From: Octopus vulgaris
Lineage: Eukaryota
Assembly: GCA_951406725.2 (NCBI GenBank)
Contig: OX597823.1
Location: forward strand, 22,196,001-22,260,000
Direction of reading: 5' to 3'
Length of the DNA stretch: 64,000 nt
Position numbers and translations under genes: made by a program. Under the pieces are notes generated by a model. That model saw only the letters and a list, made by a program, of their open reading frames with translations, had not been told where the DNA came from and searched no databases. Positions 1-13,612 of this stretch are shown here, piece after piece (position 1 is the stretch's first letter; each line of letters begins with the position of its first letter).

Positions 1-620
1 GTATATATCCAGCATCCAATGAGTTCCGCCACAGATTGGCTAAAGGGGGTGCAAGTTGGTTTTGACACATCTTCAAGACGCAAGCAGGGAACCTATCGGG
101 ACCTACTGCTGAATTATGCTTCATTTCCTTTATTGCTGCTAAGACATCAGGAGCGCCAAATGTTATGTCCGATAAAGTGTATTGGGGAGTAACATCACTG
201 ATACAGCCCAGATCAGTCATATCAGGATTGCTGAAAACAGAGCAATATTGTTTCTGCAATATTTCTCCCATGTTTTTGGCATTGTCTTGAAGAATACCAT
301 TTTCATCAATCAGAGGGCCAACAGTAGAACCAGTGACTCTGTGTTTTTTTGCAAATGAAAAGAACACTTTGGGATTGAGTTTGATCTTCTCAATGGCCCA
401 GGCCTCTTCAGCTCTTCGCTGACTATTGATGATAGACATCATGTTGTTTTGGAGTTTATGTTTTTTAATCTCTAGCGACGAGATGGCAGTCAGGTTGGTG
501 TGTTGCTGTTGACAGTATTTCAGCATGTTGATCTTTTTGTTGATTCTTTTAATTTTCCTTATGAGAGATTTTCTATTTCTAGGGATTCGACACTTAGATT
601 TGTTTGCAGATCTTAATGGG
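1..620 (-). mobile_element. CR1-like non-LTR retrotransposon ORF2 fragment (linker region upstream of the RT core), runs off the window
   Basis: Hand translation gives an open frame: ...AIEKIKLNPKVFFSFAKK...VGPLIDENG...GEILQKQYCSVFS...DVLAAIKEMKHNSAVGPDRFPACVLKMCQNQLAPPLANLWRNSLDAGYI. This is the typical pre-RT GPD region. The 5' end abuts a CA/TA microsatellite. Confidence 0.85.
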
Positions 621-1647
621 GTATGTATGTATGCACACACGCACTCACACACTGAAACACACACACATAAATCAAAATATACAATATTATCGATAAATTT
701 TAACTGATCTTCGCAATCGTTTTTCTACTCTATATGTGTGTATGTGTTTGTGTGTGTGTGTGTGTGTAGATGTTGTGTGTTACCTGTGTCACATGGTAAA
801 TAACTGCCGCATGGTGCGTAACACTGTATTGTCACATTAGGATAATTTTCGGTTAATTTACGCTAATTAAGTAGAAGGTAAATCAGTTTAACGAACAACT
901 GAAATTGCATTGTCAAAGGACGGAAACACACCAAATATATGTATACATATATGCATACGTACATACATACATACATACATACATACATACATGCATACAC
1001 ACATACATACATACATGCACACACATGTACATATATATATATATATATATACATACAAACTGAGTTCCTGGTCTTTGACAAGGAGGTTATATGTAGATAT
1101 TTACATACATATACATATATATACATGTATATATACATATATATACACACAAAGCAAAACATCTGGCATCATGCTCGAACATTTAATACATAATTTATTA
1201 TAAACACATAGTGTAGGGTAGTTATAATAAATACGACTAGATGCTTAGCTGTTCTAGAAACAGCCGTAGGAGGCTTTACGTATTTACTACAAATACTCTG
1301 CATTATGTTTATATTATAAGCATTCTACTTAAACTGATGAATTATGTGTGTTATTTACATAGATAAATGCATTACGAGGATTTATGGCTTTGAAACAGCT
1401 GTTCATTACACTTAAATTAAGAACTCTATGTGACATTATGGTATTCACCTTTTTTCATACGAAAACTGCTCTTTATGCTCATTTTATTCGATTTTGTATA
1501 TACATGCAACTTAATTCTACTATGATTTACTGCACTGTGATCAGGTATCGAGGATTAACGATGTGCTATCAATTGCTTTCTTAATTACATTGGATATGCT
1601 TTTTATATTTGGACGTCAGTTCTATATATATATATATATATATATAT

Positions 1648-2277
1648 ACTTTGATACTTTGATACTTTGATAGGTTTCGGCCATTATTGGCCCAGGCCAT
1701 GTCTAACTTAATAGCACCACCTGGTGAAGTCTTTCAAGTCAGAATTTGGGCACTATGGCCCACTCAAGTAGAGAGTTATTGTTTACAGAGACATATCCGG
1801 GTGTAGGGGGTTTATCCGGGATTTCTTGAAGGAATCTGTCCAAAGACTTCTTGAACCCTACAGGGTCAGTTTCTGTTTTAATGTGTTTTGGTGTAATGTT
1901 AAAGAGAGCGGGGCCAATTGAGGTGAAATAATTGTGCCGTATTGTTGTTATGAGATGAGAGTGCGATTTTTGTTTTGGGCGGATGGCACGGGGCCCAAGC
2001 CTTGGATGTACCTTAAAGGTGATGCCAACATCATTTGGGCAATGCTGATGGAATATTTTCCACATCATGCAGATGATGTAGCGCTCACGACGACGTTGGA
2101 GAGAATAGAGTTTTAGCTTTTCTAGCCGACCCCAATAGTCGAGGCCTGTCATGCCATCTATCTTTTTTGTGATTGCCCTTTGAGGTGCTTCAACTTTTAT
2201 GGTACCTTGTATTGTGTGGGGAGACCACAGTGGACAACAGTATTCAAGGTGGGGTCGGGCAAAAGTGGAGAAGAGAA
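1648..2277 (-). mobile_element. 5'-truncated CR1-like LINE 3' end with (ATCAAAGT)3 tail
   Basis: ORF ...[16 protein letters not shown]...YWGRLEKLKLYSLQRRRERY... is the CR1/L2 post-RT region. Short 3' UTR with a GGCC-aataat-GGCC stem-loop, then three 8-mer repeats (1648-1671). (TA)n on both sides. Confidence 0.9.
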
Positions 2278-2327
2278 TATATATATATATGTATACATAT
2301 ATATATGTATACATTAATATATATATG

Positions 2328-2390
<63 letters not shown>

Positions 2391-2422
2391 TAATGTATAC
2401 ACATATATGTATACGTATATAA

Positions 2423-2545
2423 CCTTTTCTACTCTACGCGCAAGGCCCGATATTTTAGGGGGTGGGGGCCAGTCGATTAAATCGACCCCAGTACGCAACT
2501 GGTGCTTAATTTATCGACCCCGAAAGGATGAAATGCAAAGTCGAT
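2423..2545 (-). mobile_element. SINE family 1, 3' half
   Basis: Reverse complement of the core (ttgcatttcatcctttcggggtcgataaattaagcaccag) and tail (cttgcgcgtagagtagagaaaagg) seen in the full copies at 36736 and 51526. Confidence 0.8.
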
Positions 2546-2668
2546 TCTCTCTATATATATGTACATACATGTGTATACATATATATATATATTTGAGGTG
2601 TATTCCGTTAAGAACGTATTAGAGTATAGTTTAGAGCTCGTTCACCCGTAGAATTACCAGATATTCTC

Positions 2669-2710
<42 letters not shown>

Positions 2711-2728
2711 GCAAGCATGTGTATATAA

Positions 2729-2826
<98 letters not shown>

Positions 2827-3251
2827 GTGTGTGTATGTATGTATGCGTGTATATATAAATTCATACATACACATATGTGAGTAGTGGATGGATATGCTGT
2901 CAGGAATTGTAAAATAATGTATTGACTTAAGCGGGCAACAACATTCTGATACTAAAATATATCAATATATTCCACCGAACTTGATATGTTCGATTCGCAG
3001 TAAACAAAAATACATTTTTAAAGCTAAATATAGCTTTATATGTCATACAAATTAACAAATTTACTAACCATGGCATGTAGGAAGACGGCGCTCTGGAAAT
3101 AGAACCAGCTATTTATTTTGAATATATATACATATTTACACAGGAGTAAACTGTAGACTGGAAACGAGAAATTCCGAGTAGCGACTTTGGCACATTCAGC
3201 TTTGAAGAAGAATATAAATATATATTTCATATTCGTATTTATAAGAATTCA

Positions 3252-3350
<99 letters not shown>

Positions 3351-3404
3351 GTATGAATATATATGAATATGAATAATTAGATAAATACATACACACACAC
3401 ATAT

Positions 3405-3444
<40 letters not shown>

Positions 3445-3447
<3 letters not shown>

Positions 3448-4268
3448 GTTGCGGTGGGTAAAGTGTTGGCATTTTATATTCTTAATTCCATGCATGCGCA
3501 TTATTTGTTTGGGATTTGGTCGACTACACAGCGTGGTAGGGTCAGCTGGGTACCGTCTGTGAGAAAAACACCACCATTGCCCTATTCACTCTGCCAGAAA
3601 TTTGGAAATGACATGCTGTACTGCTTGGCATTTGCACCAGAAGCTCCAGTACGAACATTTCAGAGTGTTTGGGTGTCAATCTGAGGAAAGACCGCGCTAC
3701 GAAGCTTTTGAAGCAGCTCAAGCCGAACATGTTTCGAGTGATCACTAGTGAAGGTGACGTTATGCTTGAGACTCAACACACGGCCTCAGACTCAACAGAG
3801 AAGCATAGATGAAGTGCCTGGAGGAGGCAGTGCTACCCTGAGTGAGGAGGATGGCTGTTGGAAGACCCTTTCTGGCAACATTCATGAATATGAGACAATT
3901 TCTGCGACCACATCACCCCTAATATCTGGCTGCCTAAATCCCCACACTGCAACCCCTTGATTATTAGGTGTGGGCCACAGTCGAGCAAGAAACCAACAAA
4001 ACTCCTTGTAATACCAAAGATGAACTGAAGGCAAGAATTATAGCAGGGTTAACCAACTCAAACAAGGAGATCGTCCAGACGAGTTGCAGGACATTCCGAT
4101 TTAGTCTGGAGGCTGTGGTTGAAGCCAATAGTGATTTTATTGCATACGTTTACTCTTTAGTATTTCATGCTATTTTTTTGTGATTTTAGTAAATATATCT
4201 GTTAAAATGAGATATCAGTGTTATTTTCAATTTTGTATAACTTAGACGAAAGTTTATTCACCGCAACC

Positions 4269-4270
<2 letters not shown>
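3445..4270 (+). mobile_element. Decayed IS630/Tc1/mariner-type DNA transposon (DDxD-type, maT-like) with terminal inverted repeats
   Basis: Left end CAGGTTGCGGTGggTAAA; right end reverse complement CAGGTTGCGGTGaaTAAA. TA repeats on both sides. Residual transposase C-terminus P-HCNPLDY*VWATVEQETNKTPCNTKDELKARI...FRFSLEAVVEANSDFI, with stops and deletions. Confidence 0.85.
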
Positions 4271-4352
<82 letters not shown>

Positions 4353-4522
4353 CATATATATATACAAATGTAAGCATTATATATATAAATAGATATTTAT
4401 TTATACGTATGTAAACAAATATACATGTATATGTATTGACAAATATACATATAGGTATTGCTATATATAAATATGTATGTATGTATGTATGTATGTATAT
4501 GTATATATATTTATATCTATAT

Positions 4523-4850
4523 TAGCCGGTTTCTCGTAAACGAGCAAAACCATTGCTAAAAGGAAACATTAAAAGGAGTCATTGATGATGCAATGTGAGG
4601 TCCTTGTATGACTCGGTTCTTGTAAAACTCTTGAGCCCGGCCAAAGATTTGCGCATTCTATTGCGCAATGCACTGTTGTGCTGGCTGTCAGCAGGAACAG
4701 GTACCATAGTATGAAGTCTTTTGACATGACTTTGCAGTCCTCTCCAGCTGAAAGCACATCTTTCCACAGGTTGCACATGTTCTGTTTTAAACAATAGCCG
4801 TATCATAGTTTACCAGGGGTTCATTCCTGTGACTTCTCTAATGGTTGACC
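4523..4850 (-). mobile_element. Possible RTE-like LINE 3' end relic
   Basis: Frameshifted C2H2-like finger TCATCGKMCF/SWRGLQSHVKR, resembling the C-terminal finger of RTE ORFs. Heavily decayed. Confidence 0.4.
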
Positions 4851-5178
4851 AGGCCTGCACGACTCAAGCATTTCCTCCCACAAATCATGCACGCAAAAAA
4901 CAACACTCCTTCTTCATTTTCTACAACACACACACACATACACACACTCACACATGTATGTATGTAAAATATGAGGGTACGCTGGGTAAGTGCTGTAACG
5001 GATTACCAGGGCTCCAAGTTATGGAAACATTGTAGATTTCCGATGCAGCAGATATATAATTGTTAAAGAGGACAACAAACGCTAAGGCAAAACAATCATC
5101 TCAAGTCATAATAATAATAATCACATATATGACTTCAGATGTTTGTCTTGCCTTAACGTTTGTTGTCCTCTTTAACAA

Positions 5179-5241
<63 letters not shown>

Positions 5242-5495
5242 TATATAATAGAAACAAACTGGAAAAAACACCGGGAAGGTGGACAATTCTTTCTGTAGAG
5301 TTATTTTCGTTACCTTTCTTGTATCGAATGTTTGAAGGATGTCAAGATTTTGTCTCCAAAATTCACCAATAGAACTGTTGCCCACTTTAATGGAAATGTG
5401 TCTTTCGTGCTTGAATGCTGCTGAAGCTAAATTCTGGTGTGAACTAAATCCAACTCAAATCTGATGGCCGAGAGCCTTAATTATTATTATCATTA

Positions 5496-5578
<83 letters not shown>

Positions 5579-5597
5579 GTTATTATTATTATTAATA

Positions 5598-5640
<43 letters not shown>

Positions 5641-5661
5641 TATTATTATTATTATTATTTT

Positions 5662-5694
<33 letters not shown>

Positions 5695-5699
5695 ATGAA

Positions 5700-6445
5700 T
5701 AGTTTCATATGAGCTTCTACTGTTCCAGCACGTGGACATCCTTATTTATGAAGTGTGCACTGTACTGTTTTCTGGGAATGTAAAATTGTGTTTTCATGCT
5801 ACAGCAATTTTGCATTGTTGTAAGAATTTTAAAGTTGTTTCTGATACTATTGTAATGTTTTATCCGTCGTGTAGAGAACTGGCATTGAGGCATGTTTTAA
5901 TTTGTGAGTTGGTTTCTCTTATTTTGCAAGCAACGTTTGACTTATGTGTTATGTGTTTTTGTGACGAGAAGTGATTGAATAAAATGTGTAGATTGGTAAT
6001 ATTAAAGAAGTGCAGCTGTTTATGATTTAAGGTGTGTGACTTTTGGGTGTTACAATGTCAGGTATGGCATATATAGGTGTATGTGTTGTATTGATTAATG
6101 GGTGCTGATTACGTATTTTTAGAAGCTGTGTGAGTTGTTTAATTTTAATTGATGTTCACTGTATTGAGAAGTGTTGTCTATATAGAAGTTACACTTTGTA
6201 CTGAGACACTGAAATGAAAGTGCCTTACGTATGATGTGTGCTGTGACTTGCAGGCCTATATTATATACATAGTGTATAACTCATCGAGCCACAGTACGGT
6301 TTGAATGCTTTTGCTCATGGAGTTTTATCAAGCATTGCGCTTCTGTTATTATTGGTAATTTCTTCTTTCGTGCCTACATGTTGCATATTTCAATCTCAAA
6401 ATTTTTGTTTTTTGATAGTTTTTCAACCTCCTTTCGAGCAATGTT

Positions 6446-6482
<37 letters not shown>

Positions 6483-6950
6483 ACCGGGATGCCCATCTTT
6501 CAATGTGTAGACATTTTCTTATAAGTCTTTGATTATTATATCTGGTCAGTTTTCCTTGATCTCCATGTCAGTGTAGACAAGCAAATCCCAGATGATTGTC
6601 ACCAAATCATTGTCATGCACCATGTTTTGTACATGTTTAAACTATTTATATTTTTCACGTTGAAATGTCACTAAATTCTCAGTGGACATAGCTACCGGGT
6701 TCGATCGTGATTCTGAATAAATCTGAACTGGTCAAACGGAGAGGACATGGCCAACAGTCTCAATACGCATTTTTCAGAGTCTGCTCTCACTCTGTATCTT
6801 TTTAATTCTAGTCGATTTGCTTTTGTTCATTTTGTTTGTCATTGATCTTGTACAGTTAAAATCAGACTTTCTGTGTCGGATTCCTCTTTAATCGTTATTT
6901 TTCGTTATTTTTTTGTCGCTCCATTATTGAGCCCCCTATCGGTGAGTCTA
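5700..6950 (-). mobile_element. Decayed R4/Dong-like (RLE) non-LTR element directly downstream of the GPCR stop codon
   Basis: Minus-strand residual translation near 6500-6620, VHDNDLVTIIWDLLVYTDMEIKEN*PDIIIKDL, parallels ENEKATILWDMPIHTDREIKANRPDIVVRD of the intact copy at 58345-59124. Ends at an (AAC/AAT)n tract. Confidence 0.65.
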
Positions 6951-6962
6951 TCGAACAACCAT

Positions 6963-7409
6963 TCAATTCTCACCACTGGCGTTACCTGAAGCAACGTTCA
7001 ATGTAGGAGAGCACGAACAGCTTCTGATGCTTTCTTCGTTGATGGTTGTCGGGATGCTTAAAGAATGCTGAAGAATCTCCCGTCGATGTTTCGCAATAAC
7101 ACGCTGACACATCACTGTCGATCTGTTTGTATAGTCAGCGCATGCGTATTTTGTGTCGACAATTGGATCATCATTTGACCAAATCGGACGTTTTGACCAA
7201 CTTACTGAATCGTATCGTTTCTGAATGCTGTTTAACTCCTTCATATTTTCTCTATGGGTTGGTGATTTTATACTACTCGAACGCGAGTAAAGAAAACTGC
7301 TGCTAGATCGACTTGAAGAATATGATCTAGATAGAACCTTCACCACTGGGTTTTGTTGTATTCCGATGTTACCCTCGTTTTTCTTCGTGTAGCGAACAAC
7401 GACATGGAC
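6963..7409 (-). CDS. GPCR coding exon 4: Ser/Arg-rich cytoplasmic C-terminal tail (148 aa plus stop)
   Basis: Strong polypyrimidine acceptor ttttttttctttcctAG|GTC in phase 0, in frame with ORF 6963..7346. Encodes VHVVVRYTKKNEGNIGIQQNPVVKVLSRSYSSSRSSSSFLYSRSSS...ASGEN*. Non-repetitive island among repeats. Confidence 0.82.
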   Translation of the reverse strand, partial: VHVVVRYTKKNEGNIGIQQNPVVKVLSRSYSSSRSSSSFLYSRSSSIKSPTHRENMKELNSIQKRYDSVSWSKRPIWSNDDPIVDTKYACADYTNRSTVMCQRVIAKHRREILQHSLSIPTTINEESIRSCSCSPTLNVASGNASGEN

Positions 7410-7759
7410 CTAGGAAAGAAAAAAAAGAGAGAAGGTATTATAAAGATGAAAACATGACTGATAATAATGAATTTTCATTTTCTTTTTAAATTTTAAGTTT
7501 GCTTTAAGAAAAACATTCCTGGATCCGATACTAACAAAATATATGAATCCTGCCAAGTCGAAATGGAAGGAAGAAGAAGGCGATTAAAACTAGCACTGTA
7601 CTCGTAAGAGGAATTCTTTATTATTTCTACTCTTTTGTCTATCCCCGGTCGGGCCTATAAATAAATGTTTTGAATGATCCCGTTAATGGCTATAAATTAT
7701 ACTGACAAACTCTACACACTTTACGAGTACACAATAAAGTATTTCCTGTTTGTGAATGA

Positions 7760-8990
7760 CTGAACAAACATTTACAAGTAGCGATGTCCTTTCAGAAAAC
7801 CTACTGAAAATTGTTCATAAATTAAGGCATAAAAACGAGTAGGATATTAAACAAACGTACCAATGCAGCAACAAGAATAGGTGAAGTTTCTAAACCTGAG
7901 AACATTAAATTAGAAACTACACCAAAATTATAGAATTAGACCAGTATCACAGATGCAAATTCTTTCTTGGGAGTAAATGAAACTTATAAATAAAAAAATG
8001 AATAACACAAATGGTGGAGAGAATTAAAAAACAAATTCTACACAACTGTCAAACCAAAATTAAAAACTGAATTTTATGCTAGAAATCAGATTATAGCTAA
8101 AAGTAGTATAGCCATCCCAATCTACCTAAGTATTTTAATACTGGGAGTTAAGTGAATTTAGGAGCATAGACAGAAAAAAACATTTAGAAGCCACCATGCC
8201 TACGTAATGCTGAAATACCCCAACTGAATTAAAACGGGAGTCGATACAAATAGAAAACTACTACAAGATATCAATAGTATGACGAAAATTACTTAGAAGC
8301 AAACAACAGGAAATTGATTAGCATAATAAGATATGAAGAAAGCAAGAAGAAAAAATAATTTCTCTCTTTACAAAGAAACAACAACTAAACAGAAACAAAA
8401 TTTTCACATAAGGTTCAAACGACTGAAAAGTTAAGAAAACACGAAAGGGAAGCTCTAGATGGAACTAAAATATATGAATAAATAGAGAGAGGAAAGAAAA
8501 CACTGCAAGGAAAACAGAGCGCAAAACTTCACTACCAAAAGAAAAAAAAGAAAAAGAAAAAGAAAAAAGGAAAACCTAAAGTGCAGGTAAACTGTGATCC
8601 AGAAGATTTTGACTAAGAGTAAAAACAAAAGGATTGATTTTAGATGAAAAGAGCCAATGCCTGGATACAATGAACTACCAAAATAAAATAATGAAAGAAG
8701 CAAAGATGTTAACATCTAGATGTTAACAGATAATGCAACCGATACAAAGAGATATTCGTCCGCATCCCTCGGAGCTGATAGCACAATTTAATCAGTTAAA
8801 CATTGCACGTACTTCACAGAACACTATTCTATGTAACGGCCATATAAGAAAATAACGCAGCTTACGTAAACACATACTCTATAAGAACGACAAAATGAAA
8901 TAGCATAACGCAGACAATGCACATTCTACGAAATAATAAGCGGTCATTATAAAACAAGCAAGACATGAATATTCAATACTTAAAAAACAC
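7760..8990 (+). mobile_element. Decayed R4/Dong-like non-LTR element
   Basis: Residual motifs ELDQ..FLGVNE, SIAIP and SIDRK. Terminal cattgcacgtacttcacagaacactattctatgtaac resembles the TAHILRRTLSIQ* end of the 58 kb copy. Many stops and frameshifts. Confidence 0.55.
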
Positions 8991-9439
8991 TAATAATTTA
9001 TTTTCTACACGTTTCCCAGCCCTCACAACAGCATTGTTGTTTGTATTTCTGTTTATATCATGCACAATTATTTGCTCGAAGATTTTCTTGAAGAGTATAC
9101 ACATCAAAACAGGATGGGGTGACTTCTGTGTGTCTTCGAAAACGAATAAAAGCAAGCACATGATGATGATGTGTGGTAGTGTCTTGCCTACTGAGTGAGG
9201 CTTGACTGCATGTTGGGACTAAGGGCGAGGCCAGGCGATAAGCTAAAGTCGCAAGATCCGCATCTACCTAAGGACTTGTATCATAGCGCATTGGATAACA
9301 TAATATAAGGTTAATATTTAGAGTTATCATCAGTGACTCTAACTTCTTGTTCGTTGTCGCCTTTGTAGCACATAAGTAGGATGTAAGTACTGAAATGAGG
9401 AGGAATGATATATAGTTAAGGCTCGGTATGAATTTACAA

Positions 9440-9895
9440 AGACCCATCAATACCACTAAGTCATTCCTGAACAGTGCCCAGAGAGGGATGCAGAAATACG
9501 AAGTCTCCTTACAAATCTATTGTAACTCCTCTCATAGATTTATTGTTGTCTCTGATGTCTTGTAAGATCTTATCAAGAGCTTCAATTGCACCTCTCTGTG
9601 ACATGGTGCATTCAGGTGGCATTTGCACCTCACTTCTGCTGAACCTGAATCTTTGCTTATGTTACAAATTGGACTGTCATTTGTGACCAGGTTTAGTAGT
9701 AACTTAAAAGCAGAATGAGCTGTTCGTCCTCCTGGGAAAATGGTGACAGCAAAGCCAGACAAGGGCACAACAACTGCAATTCTTTTCTGTTGCCTTGTCT
9801 TGGATAGAAGCAATGTTACAAATGTTTTATCTGTGCCGCCAGGAGTATCAACAAAGAAACTTTCTCTGCTTTTTTCTGTCAATTGTGGAACGTCG
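9440..9895 (-). mobile_element. Helitron RepHel (PIF1-like helicase) pseudogenic fragment
   Basis: FFVDTPGGTDKTFV (Walker A-like GPGGTGKT), IAVVVPLSGFAVTIFPGGRTAHSAFKL and a downstream GDF remnant. These match Helitron helicase motifs I/Ia/Ib. Frameshifted. Confidence 0.85.
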
Positions 9896-9971
<76 letters not shown>

Positions 9972-9996
9972 CATACACACACACATACACACACAT

Positions 9997-10500
9997 ATAT
10001 ACAGTATCAAACATAAAATGAAATGGTCGTGTGTGTGTGTGTGTGTATGAGAGGGAGAGAGAGAGAGAACGAGTGAAGGGGTGTGTCGTCATGTATACGT
10101 ACATTCATAAATAAACAAGCATACATCTTTCTTGTATGCGTGAGAGAGAAAGAGAGAGAGAGAGAGAGTACCACTTAGACACCACTCTCTCTCTCTCACA
10201 CACACAGATATATATACATACAGTATCAAACACGATGAAATGGACGTATGAGCGTGTGTGTGCGAGTGTGAGAGAGAAAGAGAGAGTGAGAGAAGGGGTG
10301 TGTTGTCATATATACGTCCATACATAAATAAATAGGCATAAATCTTTCTTGTATGTGTGTGTGTGTGAGAGAGAGAGAGAGATCCACTTAGACACCCCTC
10401 TCTCTTTCTCACACACACACGCACACATCCATACAAGAAAGATCTATGCATATGTGTTTATGTATGTAGGTATACATGACAACACACGCCTTCACTCACT
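9997..10500. repeat. About 220-bp tandem duplication plus an inverted partial copy, next to the Helitron fragment
   Basis: Unit acagtatcaaac..gaaatgg..gaaggggtgtg..atctttcttgtatg..ccacttagacacc occurs at about 9997 and 10216. Segment 10430-10500 is the reverse complement of its middle part. Confidence 0.75.
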
Positions 10501-10726
10501 CACACACACACAGGCACACACGCATACATAAATGTATACAAACGTAAATACAAAAACACACGTTTGCGTGTGTGACTGATTACAAATACACAGAGCTGGA
10601 CACGACACGCCAAAAGAAAATGAAGAATTTTTACAGAAATTAAAGAAATTTCCCTATTTTTTGGACGCCCCATGTTCAATTGCAAAATATCGATGTGATA
10701 TTTGTGTAATAAAGAAATCAAACCTG

Positions 10727-10772
<46 letters not shown>

Positions 10773-11389
10773 CAGAGAGAGAGAGAACATTACAAGCAGT
10801 GAATGAGATAAATATGGAATGACTAAATCGTATCAATAAAAACACGTTAAAAACTATCTTGTAGCGAATATTTAAATTTGTGAACTTAGTAAATATTTCT
10901 TTTAGTGATTCATGGTAGTTGTTTACAAATAGCGAATTAAAACTTGAGATGAAAACGTTGAAATAGACAGTGAGAGACTTCGCCGTTTTTACGTCAATGC
11001 CGGAAGTTGACATTGAGAAACCTTTTTAAAGTGAATTATAAATTTAAAGCAATATTTTTTTTATTTTCAATAAAAAAATTCAAATGAGCCTTAGAGGTGT
11101 CCAAGGACAAATTATTCATGCATCACAAGGAAGGAAACAATCGGTGAAGCCGTTTTCGCGTGGAAAGTGAATACACACCCACCTCTATTTTATATATTAA
11201 CTGACCTTATTTTCAATCAAATTAAAAAGAAAGTATCTCTTTCTATAACATTCTTTAAAAATGCCTTCGTTATTGTATGGTTTCGTCCTGTTCATCCTCA
11301 CAGGCCTTTATAATACCTCCAGTTTTGATATTTCGTAGAATTGTGTGTTGAACGTAATAGCTTTCGGCTCATGGAATAATAATGTTGAA

Positions 11390-11668
11390 CTTTCCCGTCG
11401 AAGACAACGTATGAACTTTCAGCTTTTGCCGAACGATCTGCACAAAAGATTTGTTCATAGTAATCAAATGTATGTGCCGCACATTATCTCACTCTCTCCA
11501 TCAGAATCGAGTTTGCCTGAACAGGGACACTGTGTACCACTCGACAGGTATCGGAGTGCGACGGGAGAGGAAGTGTTTGCTCAAGAACATCACGCGCCAC
11601 CCGGTCTAGGAATTGAAACCAGGATCGGGTGATCATGAGTGCAACATCTTAACCACTAGGCTATGCGT
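11390..11668 (-). mobile_element. tRNA-derived SINE family 3
   Basis: Minus-strand head TAGCCTAGTGGTTAAG (A box) and GGTTTCAATTCC (B box). The whole body aligns by eye with the copy at 61155-61440. Confidence 0.75.
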
Positions 11669-11671
11669 GGT

Positions 11672-11772
<101 letters not shown>

Positions 11773-11850
11773 TAATAATGAATGTAATGTAGATGATGAT
11801 GGCAATGATGATAACAACGGCACAAACAGTATCATTATTAATCACGACGC

Positions 11851-11929
<79 letters not shown>

Positions 11930-13089
11930 ATATACCACCGATAGCTTGCAATAAAATATAAGTGATTAATTTTCCATTTTCGGTTTTGACGTTAGGCAAC
12001 GAATTAAGTGAGACTTAATAGATACGGCTAACAGCTCTGAAATAAATTGTTCCTGGCAGAATGATAAAAACAATGACTCTGTTGTACAATTAATAGCGAC
12101 AGGGAAATATATCTAGAAAATATATGAAGCTTATGAATGATATGAAAAAGATATTGAAGCAACTGAATCTACACATTATCCCTGTAAATAGGTTTCAGTT
12201 GTTTCGTTTCTATATTGAATGTAATTTTCCAGTCGTTTGAACTAACACAAGTAACAAAATAGACGATGATCTCTCTCCTCTTTCCACAACTAAGAATGAC
12301 ATGGGGGTATACAAGGAGGAATGAAAGGTCAACACAGCAGAAGCAACAACAGCGGGAAGTGAGTGATTCCGATGCTTCGCTCCCGTCAAAACAATACCAT
12401 CGAATCTGTATTTGAGCATGGATACATATGAGGTCTGAGCAGATTGGGGCACCAGAAACGCAGCTCTAAAAACACTTACACAAACAATTAGAAAGTGAAA
12501 GAAAGGACTTGTCTTCAGTGAAGAAGAGCCATTTCCCCCAGTGAAGAGATATCCGTATCCCGTGGAGAGAAACCCATCCTCTGCGAGGAAGAAACCATCT
12601 CGCTCTCTTTGATTTGGATTTCGGTTTGATTTGAATTTCAAAACTCGTCTCAAGACCAAAATAAATAAATAAATAAAATAGATTGATCGATGAAAAATAT
12701 TAACTGAGCCAGAATTATCTAAAACTAGATAAAAACAGGGAAAAGAATGGGACCAGATTACAATAATTAAATAAATAAATAACAATTGAAAATTCATAAA
12801 AACATCGATTAGCAAAGAGCTCTCATAATATTTAATATCTTAGATGTCGAGCAATTTCGGATCTTGGGACGTAACTTGCTCACTTTGACCAAACAATTTT
12901 TCAAGGACTTTCTAGTCCTTTACACTACATAAAGGATCTGAAAAGGTTATGTACACAGAACTGATTAACTCGTGTACAAATATCTTTATAGCGTCTTTCA
13001 ACACTTTTCGAGTTTCTATATTACTTATTGGTCCTACTTCACAAGAGAAGTGGGATCTCTATGAACGCTTAATGTATTTCCTCGATGAC

Positions 13090-13466
<377 letters not shown>

Positions 13467-13612
13467 TATATGTGTGTATATATGTATATGAGCTTTTTTG
13501 CTTAATTTGGCCTGCTATGGTTAAATTAAATTTAAAAAACATCGAGCAACAAGCGATATTTCATTAGCGTTCATATTCCGAGTTCTAATCTATCCAGAAC
13601 CATTACTTAAGA

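Noticed and set aside
1672-1705. Hammerhead in the CR1 3' UTR (GGCC-loop-GGCC-GAAAC on the minus strand)
   Set aside because: No CUGANGA box; more likely the usual CR1 3' recognition stem-loop.
12210-12815. 201-aa minus-strand ORF
   Set aside because: No recognisable domain and no convincing in-phase splice sites into the GPCR, which is already complete. The + strand has only a faint zinc-knuckle-like remnant (RLGHQKRS), too weak to call.
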